From IMG/VR virus record IMGVR_UViG_3300025131_007349: a stretch of DNA of 64,000 nt; one strand, written 5' to 3'. A model generated the notes under the pieces. It did not search any database. It was not told where the DNA came from and was given only the letters and a program-made list of their open reading frames with translations. Position numbers and translations under genes: made by a program. Source of the stretch: an uncultured virus (IMG/VR IMGVR_UViG_3300025131_007349). Taxonomy: Duplodnaviria; Heunggongvirae; Uroviricota; Caudoviricetes. Below are positions 54,201 to 62,700 of this stretch, one piece after another. How positions within the stretch are numbered: position 1 is the stretch's first letter; each line of letters begins with the position of its first letter.

Positions 54201-54237
54201 CGCACTTCCGGTGATTCCACATACTTGTGCACTTTGA
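48238..54237 (+). CDS. 1999-aa Cys-rich poly-Thr modular protein
   Basis: Repeated GxExCC..QY modules, three WxEC...W..(L/F)ID.LN domains and one propeller-like domain, separated by Thr tracts. Confidence 0.85.
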   Translation: MAYHKYIACFSNVPFTIPTPYDCNIGKLTGGIPGNTTANNQNFVTHYYNQSGGFVLVPGTFIRLYDAFYPNTYTCYEYLGTSLTPEVLYVEFLGAHSLQNSGYLVEPYGDCSTCEIDPSIFAYNHSWRYCDNSIAFNPVPVVPIIGSCFLPNTETNIQIAQNQLTAALGPISIGDVVQLSDGTCMYYEGNQLRPTSYDIDASNNPGSGNWHAGYAPGSCGNAFGTPPTRGLIGSIGDCQQCPAVITTTTLTTIAPITTTTTTCYNCCTTTTTSGPCQTCGIESCCDPSIQYLATGNLLILLNILQCNSTYALFLPQLFVGGNVIYDECWKPLCNPPQNLQIATTTATYAYLTSNGYINALGCAGLSSTLPIPCCPVTTTTTYYPATTTTTYSPTTTTTTYTPVSTTTTVWYECIASSLVTIGNGSTCDNKIKLPYVHGYAGGIGSGNFIADEIIAGNIPATANFSDYYVEGVNPNSNYCINGNSYTMYVTAWPQYLGPHTPQPFDLCCWLAVPPLSPPLNVITHVMGIITTGVMCWPYNNLYTSGAGATPTIYPTWAAFIDYLNQTNTINSLPASYTYTMPRATVVGDMCTYSIPFNTGPNPTCNDVFDYAQSYCECSSLPCYCVPCYTPGTSPCIYNNFTACDTAANPPGGGPCCEPASTTTSTTPPTTTTTTTLAIGLELCCPTYDQYIVPSGNFLYTLIQGLTINSAHLFSITLPNGNDVEACVKVINNPNPSNVITNGMLLASPSTDMDCYSWNNDLDINNGYGYTAFEDGCCTLEDWHECITPAPLIPGISATNGCEVGDTYVIPPLVNLINNLFENHIAFIDYVVSTFGNAMTLSDYFYINPTSYYYVYSCYNYSGLYGGTGPGTGGVYMTVDSIIHAPGNTIYIFVTPYPTTWQELIDALNVINAANSWVQDFSYSENWAQTLTRIINNVPGDTLLVNSLDCHCFNPCYCQPCTPPAPNCIYSTYALCDVAANAIPCCDPTTTTTTVYCDRLGIEDCCTHIVYLVAPTTPLYVIISNPIYLNMVLALEIVLPNGQLLISCFEVIDTACPPDPVVTGGWTTPILPHLPTCTQCLAMIAAQLQIDCVTTTTTQWWECVRGHVPVPGVDAIYCDSSHTYFQPASISTANGWDINRQIFINNVASTFGQTALFSNYFYINPIVGPTTPNNVCVNTDPNLFNGVGEYQTVVGFVGMGTNTYYVLTGPVTTNANWQMLIDALNAINAANGWAQNFLYTDSFGDIQYKILQHLIVLPGNPMEAILLVSAYCMCTVTCICQVCSSGPNCIYTNEPDCLLSANATPCCITTTYAPLTTTTTTSNLVGLKLCCEPYTQYEVIYNSSLYNLIDYSLPPFTRAFVMTITLPNGTDLTACMQMDMNIPLASPQVQAGQFEWLFSPTYYYSNCLELDLNAPMNSGYGFQQFLYGCCQPTTTTTTSAPLGVEECCSPFTQYVATGPLLSYFSTFSVGEAFYGALSGPSTATPYICFKIITNPAGLIVNSAVGYGPKDSCTDIDTYIINAGFDACCPTTTTTTYPPTTTTTTVLCDSCGVLFVDDSNPPNVYNYNHTANQVNLLFTATQNLGYSADIARYGNLIWVYYGVKIQEYVIDPVTCIVNWVREITLPAPIGNGLAAITSTDLIGGSDWNISWGYINSIDITTNTAVLSGSITLGAGEYVAGDLLYLAGTNTLIVALSTNTGAKLAYYDLVSGALIANIGGSLTWGLYCYNQNIYGVTNTKDIYQIYVTSSSISAGSPLQTLPNPPSYVWGAASDPDCCIQQVTTTTTTNVVSLGVELCCVPYTQYVAGGSLLTYIATLNIGDAFAGNFNIGNTDNIKCMKVVSNPVGTLINQFILICNPHPMTCDALNTHLINYIPPGHGHVELEHGCCPSITTTTTEYVLTNRWIRACCPEQLGGSYYIEFAALPGSNLEGILNSTALGVAIELTVTPQGGMQRPSQCYRVTDVNTSPYNLADGFSMLQQSYNNCVDCTNALPVIPHTCAL

Positions 54238-54247
54238 CCGCTGTAAC

Positions 54248-54254
54248 TATTTAT
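54248..54254 (+). promoter_or_regulatory. TATTTAT putative late-promoter motif
   Basis: Intergenic, 27 nt before ATG 54282. TATTTATGAATAA is identical to the site at 31976. Confidence 0.6.
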
Positions 54255-54281
54255 GAATAACGAATAAAATAATATAAAGAT

Positions 54282-56723
54282 ATGGCTTGGTTTTGTCCTA
54301 CAGAATTAGATTTAGTAAATCCCATCATGACACCTTATCCGTGTTGTGTACAAGGGCCAGCACCACTCAACCATCTAGTTTTTGGTACACAACAGGCTTG
54401 TCATGATAACACATCTTGTTGTAATAATGCCAATCAACCTGGAACAGGTAATTTAGATGTATGTTGCGGAGGTATAGACCAAGGTGACCCCTGTATCTAT
54501 ACTGCTTGGTTATCACTGACCCAAACACAAAGAGACGGTATATGTCAATATTGTATGGCGAGTGACCCCCTTAATAACCCTTGTCTTTCTGAAGTTTCTT
54601 TATACTGCAGGTGTTGTGATGGATGCAACCCAACAACTTCTACTACAACTCAAGAGATTGTAAGAGGGGTAAGAAGGTGCCCACAATTTGGTCCACAATT
54701 AGAATTTAGGGCAGACGCAAATCCTTTATTTACAATAGTTTGGTCATATCCTATTGGTACTGTATTAGCACTTGAAATTATTTATATAACTTTACAAGCT
54801 ATATTCACTTATAGAGCTTGTTGGGAAATTATAGAGTTAGTAAACCCATATTATTCTTGTGATGCGGCAAATGGAACATTATTAAATCCTACACCAGGTA
54901 TAGACTGTTCTAAATGTGTGGTTCCACCAGGCCCAGAAATCTGTACAACCACCACCACATCTGAACCACCACCTGCCCCATATTGGTGTATTAAAAAATG
55001 TTGTGATGATTCCTTACACAAAATAGACGCTACTTTTCCATGGGATTGGTCTGGAACTCTTGGTGCATACGTTCCAGGAACTGCATTTTTATCTCAATCT
55101 TTTAATAATTTAAATGGTACTGGATTACAAGAGTGTTACTCTCTCCCCGACCCACCAGTATTTGGGTGTGGTAACCTCCCTACACTTGTATTAGCTCCAC
55201 CAATAGTGGTTTTCCTACAAACTATACCACCCCAACCTAGCTTATGTGATGATTGTTTATGGATGTACGAATATGGCCAAATTGGTGATGTATACCAATG
55301 GTTTCCACCAACTTTACCACCACCTACAGGACAAGCAGTAGATACTGGGGTAGATGTTAACTTATGTGACCCAAGTGGTGCCACCACAACAACTACACTA
55401 ACTCCTGGTACAACTACCACAACAACAGTATGTATATGGGGTTGCACGGACCCACTAGATTGTAATTATGACCCAACTGCTACTTGTGATGATGGTTCTT
55501 GTATGTCGCTTGTTTATGGCTGTATGGATAGTGGTAATTGTATAGGGACTAGTTGTCCAGGACCTGGTGGTACTTGCCAAACTCCTAGTACTTACTATGT
55601 GTCACCTTATCCTGGATGTCAAGCTCTTAATTATTATCCTGGTGCGAACTTTATGGACGCTAATAACCCGTGTTATGGTTATTGTAATTGTTTAGACCCA
55701 AGTGGTACAAATTATAATGATACTGGTGAAATCGGTTGGGTTCCACCAGCTAACGCCGCCGTATGGATAAATGGGTTGTATATTGACTGTGCAGGTGTAG
55801 TACAAATGATAGGGCTAGTTTGGAATGGTAATGTAGGAGACACTTCTTGTTGTGGCCCTATAGTAACGACAACAACTACAGTATGTATATGGGGTTGCAC
55901 AGACCCAACACAAGTAAATTTTGACCCATTAGCTACTTGTAATGATGGAAGTTGTATCCCAATTATTTATGGATGCATGGATGATGGTTGCTGTACTACC
56001 GGTATAGGTCCAGACCCACTTGTTGGTGACCCCTGTGCTGGTGGAGCTACAGGGTTATATCATTTGTGTCCACAAGGTATTATAGGAGGTCCTTCATATA
56101 ATTCACCATTACCTCCTCCTGGAGCACTTAATTATTATCCTGGTGCTAATATAAACTCTCAGTGTCTTTATCCTCCTCTAGCAATTACATTTTTCGAAGT
56201 GGGACTACCTTATCCTGCGCCTTGTGCAAATTATCCAAACTCATCTCCTGGGCAATGTGGAGCAACATATAATATTAATATTAATACAGGTACTTCAGCA
56301 GATATCCCTCAAGGGGAAATTAAGTTTACTTTTGAAGCACATACTACAAATCCAGGTGTTTATTATGATGCTCCAACACCTTCCACTTATACTCATAATA
56401 CAGTAACCACCTCTTTAGATTTTGATTGTCAAAGTTATGTATATTGCACAGGGGCAGCCTATTCAGGAGCTTTTACGTATATAGGTGGTTTAGGAGCACT
56501 AACTAATGTTGAAGGTTCTGTACCAGTTAAAGTAATTATAGAATTAACGATGGCGGCCAACGGAGGCATATTGCTAGGAGAAGCTGTACTACAAGATGGG
56601 GCTACATCAGCAAATATCAGTATTGGTTATACTAATAATTTATCAGTTGTTGCCGGAGGTTTTTTCACTCAGACTTGTAATCCATCCGCTTCATCTCCTG
56701 GAGGTGTAGGGGGTTGTGTATAA
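54282..56723 (+). CDS. Cys-rich poly-Thr protein with GCTDP..NYDP.A..DDGSC repeats
   Basis: WGCTDPLDCNYDPTATCDDGSC and WGCTDPTQVNFDPLATCNDGSC, each followed by YGCMD and ALNYYPGAN. Confidence 0.8.
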   Translation: MAWFCPTELDLVNPIMTPYPCCVQGPAPLNHLVFGTQQACHDNTSCCNNANQPGTGNLDVCCGGIDQGDPCIYTAWLSLTQTQRDGICQYCMASDPLNNPCLSEVSLYCRCCDGCNPTTSTTTQEIVRGVRRCPQFGPQLEFRADANPLFTIVWSYPIGTVLALEIIYITLQAIFTYRACWEIIELVNPYYSCDAANGTLLNPTPGIDCSKCVVPPGPEICTTTTTSEPPPAPYWCIKKCCDDSLHKIDATFPWDWSGTLGAYVPGTAFLSQSFNNLNGTGLQECYSLPDPPVFGCGNLPTLVLAPPIVVFLQTIPPQPSLCDDCLWMYEYGQIGDVYQWFPPTLPPPTGQAVDTGVDVNLCDPSGATTTTTLTPGTTTTTTVCIWGCTDPLDCNYDPTATCDDGSCMSLVYGCMDSGNCIGTSCPGPGGTCQTPSTYYVSPYPGCQALNYYPGANFMDANNPCYGYCNCLDPSGTNYNDTGEIGWVPPANAAVWINGLYIDCAGVVQMIGLVWNGNVGDTSCCGPIVTTTTTVCIWGCTDPTQVNFDPLATCNDGSCIPIIYGCMDDGCCTTGIGPDPLVGDPCAGGATGLYHLCPQGIIGGPSYNSPLPPPGALNYYPGANINSQCLYPPLAITFFEVGLPYPAPCANYPNSSPGQCGATYNININTGTSADIPQGEIKFTFEAHTTNPGVYYDAPTPSTYTHNTVTTSLDFDCQSYVYCTGAAYSGAFTYIGGLGALTNVEGSVPVKVIIELTMAANGGILLGEAVLQDGATSANISIGYTNNLSVVAGGFFTQTCNPSASSPGGVGGCV

Positions 56724-56740
56724 AATATAATTAATTAAAG

Positions 56741-56747
56741 TATTTAT
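56741..56747 (+). promoter_or_regulatory. TATTTAT putative late-promoter motif
   Basis: Intergenic, 8 nt before ATG 56756. Confidence 0.6.
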
Positions 56748-56755
56748 AAAAAGAT

Positions 56756-58684
56756 ATGGCATGTAATTTAACGGGAATAACAATTAATATAGGTGGTGGT
56801 ATTTCACCCTATAATATAAGTCTTTGTGACCAAGGATGTGAAACTGGTTGCAATAATGTAGCTTCTACGAATTATGATTGTGTTTATTTTACCGCATGTT
56901 GTGGAACTTATGGTTTATTAATAGAAGATGTTTCTGGATGTACAAGTTGTTCTGATTTAATAGTAGATACTTGTTTTACTACTACGACAACTACAACCGT
57001 AGCTCCAGCTACCACCACAACGACAATATCTCCAGCTACTACAACAACATCAACTACGTCAGCTCCTACAGCTGCTACATTGTTTAGACCATGTGATGGC
57101 CAAAGTGGATGCACAGGCCATCCTAATATTATAACACCAAGTGTTGTAGGGGGTGGAGCAGAAATTACTATGTCAATGAACATACCGTCCTATACTAGAG
57201 TAAAAGGAGCTACTATTTCTACCGATGATATATATTCCGGTTATACTGATTCTGATGGAATCGAACATATGTCATACCATGATTATATAGTAAACAAATA
57301 TGCAGATACTATCACCTCTACAGGAGTAACTTCTATACATGTAGGACGAAAAATCACCAATAATATAGATACAGGTGTTTATTGTATCACTATAAGTGTT
57401 GTAGAAAAGAAAGATTTAAGTGAACTAAGTGAGAGTGAATTATTACCAACAGAACTAGACGAGATACCAACAGATATAGTAGCGACAGGGGAATATATAT
57501 TACACTCTTCATGTTTATATGATAAAGCTTTAATACTAACTGAAAGTACACAATGTCTCCCTAGTTTCCCTCCAGGTACTTTTGGGTGTGGTCCTTTGAA
57601 TGGGACAGTTATTAGTTACCCTGCCTGTTCAGACCATGGAAATCCTTATTATTCACCAGCTACTAACCAGAGAGCTATTCCTGGTGGCGTTAGTATTGGT
57701 ACAACCAATTCACTTGCTGCATTTGGTGGTAGAGTAAATGGGACATTAGGATGGTTAGCTTATGATAATAGTGACGACAGAATAGTTGCTATAACCAATA
57801 ATCACGTTATAGGATATAATTTTGTTGCGGCAGGATTAAACGCAGACCCAATTAATTATCCTGGTTTAGATTGTGGTTCTGCTGCCGGTGCAACTTCAAA
57901 TGGTGGAGCACAACCACCAAACTGGACAACAGGTTACGTAACCCAACAACCAAGCTATCCAGATAACGGATATTCAAGTGCTGGGGTACAAATGGGTTCA
58001 GTAAAAAGATTCCATCCTATATGTCACGATTATACACAAAATAAGGTTGATGGTGCGGTTATAGAATTAACCGAAGAACCTACAACCACTCAACTAGGTC
58101 TTGCATGGGGACCTTTCCAACACGCTACAACAGCAGAAATAAATGCATGTGTAGGAAGTTATGTTTATAAAGTAGGAAGAACTACTGGTAATATGTTAAG
58201 TGTAAGTTATCCAGATGTTGTAATAACTACAGTTAACGCAGCTAATATAGCATTAGACGGGACAGGTCTCTTTAAGTACAACAACCAAATAATATATCAA
58301 TCAGTAGGCGATGGTGACCCATCCGCGGGTGCTCCAGGTGATTCTGGTTCTTCTCTTTTATGTTGTGTAGGTGGAGCATTAAAAGTAGTTGGACTTAATT
58401 TTGCAGGTAATTATCCAACAGGAATATGTTGTGGATTTAGTGCAGGTGATATAAATACTATATGGCCTAATGGGTTTATTGCTATTGCCAATCGTATAGA
58501 CGAAGTAGAATCTAAATTAAATATTTCTTCATGGGACGGTTCTATAGTAGTATCTTCTACAGCATCTAACTATATAAAAGTTAATGATAAATGTTATTAT
58601 AACGCAGGAACTACTACCAGACCAGTACAACACACTATAGATGCTTCTTATACAGATTGTTCATCTTGTAATTCTTCTATCTAA
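56756..58684 (+). CDS. Poly-Thr/Cys-rich protein carrying a trypsin-like (S1, Nal1-like) serine protease domain
   Basis: GTLG, ITNNHV (His), VDGAVI (Asp), KVGRTTG and PGDSGS (Ser). Preceded by a prodomain-like segment (V..KK...LP....PTD.V). Confidence 0.8.
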   Translation: MACNLTGITINIGGGISPYNISLCDQGCETGCNNVASTNYDCVYFTACCGTYGLLIEDVSGCTSCSDLIVDTCFTTTTTTTVAPATTTTTISPATTTTSTTSAPTAATLFRPCDGQSGCTGHPNIITPSVVGGGAEITMSMNIPSYTRVKGATISTDDIYSGYTDSDGIEHMSYHDYIVNKYADTITSTGVTSIHVGRKITNNIDTGVYCITISVVEKKDLSELSESELLPTELDEIPTDIVATGEYILHSSCLYDKALILTESTQCLPSFPPGTFGCGPLNGTVISYPACSDHGNPYYSPATNQRAIPGGVSIGTTNSLAAFGGRVNGTLGWLAYDNSDDRIVAITNNHVIGYNFVAAGLNADPINYPGLDCGSAAGATSNGGAQPPNWTTGYVTQQPSYPDNGYSSAGVQMGSVKRFHPICHDYTQNKVDGAVIELTEEPTTTQLGLAWGPFQHATTAEINACVGSYVYKVGRTTGNMLSVSYPDVVITTVNAANIALDGTGLFKYNNQIIYQSVGDGDPSAGAPGDSGSSLLCCVGGALKVVGLNFAGNYPTGICCGFSAGDINTIWPNGFIAIANRIDEVESKLNISSWDGSIVVSSTASNYIKVNDKCYYNAGTTTRPVQHTIDASYTDCSSCNSSI

Positions 58685-58738
58685 TAATTTATTTACTATA
58701 GTCAGAAACCATTTAATTTTATTTAAAAAATAGATTAT

Positions 58739-59710
58739 ATGATTTTTATCTGTGCACAACCTGACGTACCATATTTCCATTGGCAAATAAGAATGCTATT
58801 CTTTAATTTTGAGAAATTTGGAATTATTAATAAATGTAGAGCAATATTCGGTTTAATGAATGGAGCTCAAGAACCAAGTGAAGGACTAAAAAAGTTACTA
58901 AGAGATTATCCAGATAATATTTATTTTTATAAAGATACTAGAATAAATAGGTCATATATTCCAAGCATTAAACCACACTTAGTAAAACATTACTTAAAAG
59001 AACATCCACAAGACGGTAAATGTATATTTTTAACTGATTCAGATATTTTGTTTAGACAATTACCAGATTTCGGGTCCATGTTATTTGATGACATATGCTA
59101 TGTTTCAGAATGTCCTGGGTATATAGATTATAACTACATAAAAGGTTGTTGTGATAGGTATAAAACACAACATCCACAGTTAGGTGATATCGAATTATTA
59201 GAAGATATGGCAGATAAGGTTGGTATATCAGTAGACGTTATCAAACAAAATAATGATAAATCTGGAGGAGCACAATACCTTATAAAGGACACAGATTATC
59301 ATTTTTGGCATAAAGTAGACCTTGATTGTAATAGAATATACGATACAACAAGAAAGTTTGGTGACAAATACCCTATACCAGCACATATACAATTTTGGAC
59401 CGCAGAAATGTGGGCCATATTATGGAATATGTGGTATTTTGGAAAAGAAACAGCTTTACACTCTGAATTAGCTTTTAGTTGGGCCACTGACCCAGTCTCT
59501 AGATACGAAGAAAGGAACATATTTCATTTAGCTGGTATATTAGACGAAATGAAAGATGAAAAGTTCTATAAGGGTGAGTTCATCAATAAATGTCCATTCA
59601 TGGAATACAAAAACAACCCAACAAAATTCCAAAATTACTCACCAGAATTCGGTGCAATAAAATACGTAGAAGAAATAAAACGATTCATTGAGTCGAAACG
59701 ACCTTACTGA
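58739..59710 (+). CDS. Putative peptide O-glycosyltransferase (GT96 SGT1 / GT95 HPAT-like GT-A fold)
   Basis: YFHWQ, YIPSIKP, FLTDSDILF (DxD), GGAQYLI and WTAEMWA parallel the SGT1 motifs YFDWQ, YPAINKP, ILDADM and WISEMYG as I recall them. Confidence 0.6.
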   Translation: MIFICAQPDVPYFHWQIRMLFFNFEKFGIINKCRAIFGLMNGAQEPSEGLKKLLRDYPDNIYFYKDTRINRSYIPSIKPHLVKHYLKEHPQDGKCIFLTDSDILFRQLPDFGSMLFDDICYVSECPGYIDYNYIKGCCDRYKTQHPQLGDIELLEDMADKVGISVDVIKQNNDKSGGAQYLIKDTDYHFWHKVDLDCNRIYDTTRKFGDKYPIPAHIQFWTAEMWAILWNMWYFGKETALHSELAFSWATDPVSRYEERNIFHLAGILDEMKDEKFYKGEFINKCPFMEYKNNPTKFQNYSPEFGAIKYVEEIKRFIESKRPY

Positions 59711-59711
59711 T

Positions 59712-59718
59712 TATTTAT
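59712..59718 (+). promoter_or_regulatory. TATTTAT putative late-promoter motif
   Basis: Intergenic, 21 nt before ATG 59740. Confidence 0.6.
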
Positions 59719-59739
59719 ATATAAATAAATAATTAATTT

Positions 59740-62700
59740 ATGGCCTATACCGGTAACGTACATGTTTCACTATATGCTATTCCAGATTACTGTAATCCGG
59801 GGGCTATATGGGCATCAGACCAAGAAAACCCTCTCCAACCAGGAGGGTCACTAAACTATATTTACAACAATGCAACTAATGCATTTGGACTCCAATCGCC
59901 ATTTTTTGATGCAGGATATTATTTTATTGGTGATACTGTAAAAATGTCCGCTGATACAGGCGGAGATGGTGGGATATATACTAGTGCTGCAAATTGGAAC
60001 ACACTTCGATTCGGTCAACCAGCACATTCTAAGTTTGACCATGCAATGCGTACTATGCATTGGTTAAAGGCCTGTGAATATACTGATGGTTCTGCATTTA
60101 CTCATACATTATCTGGAGTTACTAGTGGTGGTACTAAACCTTATATCTATAAATGGGAAAACCAAGCTCATCCATATACTGGGAATATTTTTAATTTATA
60201 TACTCTAGCTAGTGCTTATACTGCTAGTGATTCATGGGGAGGATATAGTGGTCAGACCTATACATGGGCTGGAACAGGAGATACCGTATATGGATTTTTT
60301 GATAATACATATGCACAAATTTATACCGGACCGTCAAGAGTTAAGTTAACTGTTACCGACTTTACTGGTGGTACAGCTAGTACATTTATGTCCTTAAGTT
60401 CAGGATGTACAACAATGCCATGGTCAGCGGCAACGACAACCACTACTACCGCACCTCCAGTTACAGGGTATTGTTATGAACTGAGAAGTTGTAATCCGTA
60501 TTATGATACTGGATACACATTCTCCACAATGTTCACAGCATCCACACTATCAGCAGGAAGTCATTATGAAATCTTAGCACCACCAAACCTTAATGGTATA
60601 GAACATTGTTGGCAAATTGTTAGTGCTTGTGGTTATACTGTAGGAACAAATATAGGTGCTAAAGTAATGGCTGGACCATTTAGTGGATGTTGTGACCCTA
60701 CAGCTACTGGAGCTTGTAGAACTATGTGGTGCCCACCACCACCAGAAACAACTACAACAACTGTTGAACCAGGAACTACAACAACAAGTACAACCACGAT
60801 TGTGCCTGCAACAACAACCACAACCACTTGTAACTTAAGATATGAAGTAGAACCTTGTGTAAGCACAGGAGGAACAATAACAATAATGTTAACAGGCTCA
60901 TCATGCTTAGATATAACTTTAAGTGCGGGAAGCTATTATAGGCTAGAGACTGGATGGCCTGAGTGTGTAACTGATTGTTATCATATAATTACAGGATTAA
61001 CATATGGTGTTTCAGGGGTTCAAACTGATATAATTGCTGGTGTATTTAGTTCTTGTACACATTGTGACCAAGGATGGATTGGGGAGACTACGACAACCAC
61101 TACTATGTGGCCACCATGGACAACTACTACCACTTCTCCAGTTACAGAAACTACTACTTGTGCTTATTATGAAGCAGATGCAACAGTACATGTAGTTACA
61201 CAAAGTGCGAGGACAGCTAATGATGTAATGAACATATGGTCTATATTACCTAGTGGGTTAACTCATAGTCCATATGATTATGATTGTCGTTTAAAATTAA
61301 AACCAATTACTGGGTATAGTAGTTATAATATTGATTATAGTATAATTAGTGCAACTGGTAGTTGTGAAGGTTATTATAATGAATTAGCTGGAGGATTTTA
61401 CCAAGGATTTTATAAATTACAAGGATACCCTTATGAGGTTTTACCTACTAGGGTAGAATGTGGTTGGACTGTAGAGACAATAATTAGACCTAGATGTAAT
61501 ACTATATGTAATGGTTATACTTTGAATGATTTATTTCCAGATAATAAAGGGATATTCTTTTATATGGGGACAAGAGCTGAGAATAAATTCAGGATACCCT
61601 ATTCGGGAGAAAATTGTATAGAAACTTGTGAACCATCTTGTTCAGGAAATTCTATAACTTTACAGACTGCTGGGTGTGACACTTATATGGATAATTGTGG
61701 AAATGTACATGAAGAATGTACTTCAGCTACAACATACCCATATTTTGTAGATTGTTGTAGTAATAATTTTGCTTTAATGTTAAGTGGAAATTGTGAAACA
61801 GGGTATAGATTAGGTTATAAAGCATTATATTTTTCTGGTGGTTGTGTTGTGACAGGAACTACCGATGAAACGGTACACTACGATAGATGTGGCCACCCAT
61901 ATATGGTAAGTTCTAATAATCCTGATTGTGGTACAGCTTTTACTTATATGACCGCATGTACAGTAATTAATCGTTTTAGTGATGATATAATATGCGACTT
62001 TACAGGACAAACAGACGCGCCCTGGCTTTATATAAGTGCTGTTTTCGAAAGAGATTATTGTTGGGATTGTTGTGACTTAGAAAATCAAGGAGGAGTCAAT
62101 GACTTAATACACGAAAGAATACCTGGAGTAGACTCGGTGTTTGGATATAATGATGCAGAACTCCCAACATATCTAAACTTCACAAAAAAATGGGTACAAG
62201 AAAAGAAATATAGAATGGGCACATTAACAATTTATGTTAATGGTAGACCAGTTTTTATAGATAAGAATTTCGAGGAAATCATCCCACGACAACTTAATAC
62301 AGCAAATCAATTACAAGTAGGTGTGCCATTTAATATTAGTTGGGGTGGTGGTTCACAAGGATTATTAGAATCATTTAGATTTGATGGTTGTGAATGTGAT
62401 AGTGATATAATTACAGATTCACAAGTAGATTGTATAACAGAAAACTTTGCGGGGACATTTATGGGAGCTATATCTCAGTTTAGGTATTATTTAAAACCTT
62501 TAGGTGCTGATGAGGTACAACATAATTTCTTAGTGGATAAGGATAGATATGGATTAATAGATTGTAAATGTGAAGATACAGCATGTAATAAAGCAAGAAC
62601 AATATACTATATCGAAGGAGATTCTGTCGATGTAATGCTAAACTATCCTGTACCAATAACCGTCCTAGATTTTGGTGGATTTGATACTTATATAGACGTT

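Noticed and set aside
33794..56755. Stop-codon reassignment or readthrough joining the giant ORFs
   Set aside because: The standard code gives full-length genes. Junctions are AT-rich with extra stops (e.g. TGA TAA TGA at 33794) and most carry their own TATTTAT motif.
32791..61203. Many short ORFs in the array (poly-Val on the minus strand; Gln/Leu/Pro- or Asn/His/Tyr-rich on the plus strand)
   Set aside because: They are shadows of (ACN)n Thr codons in other frames and strands, and lie entirely within long real ORFs.
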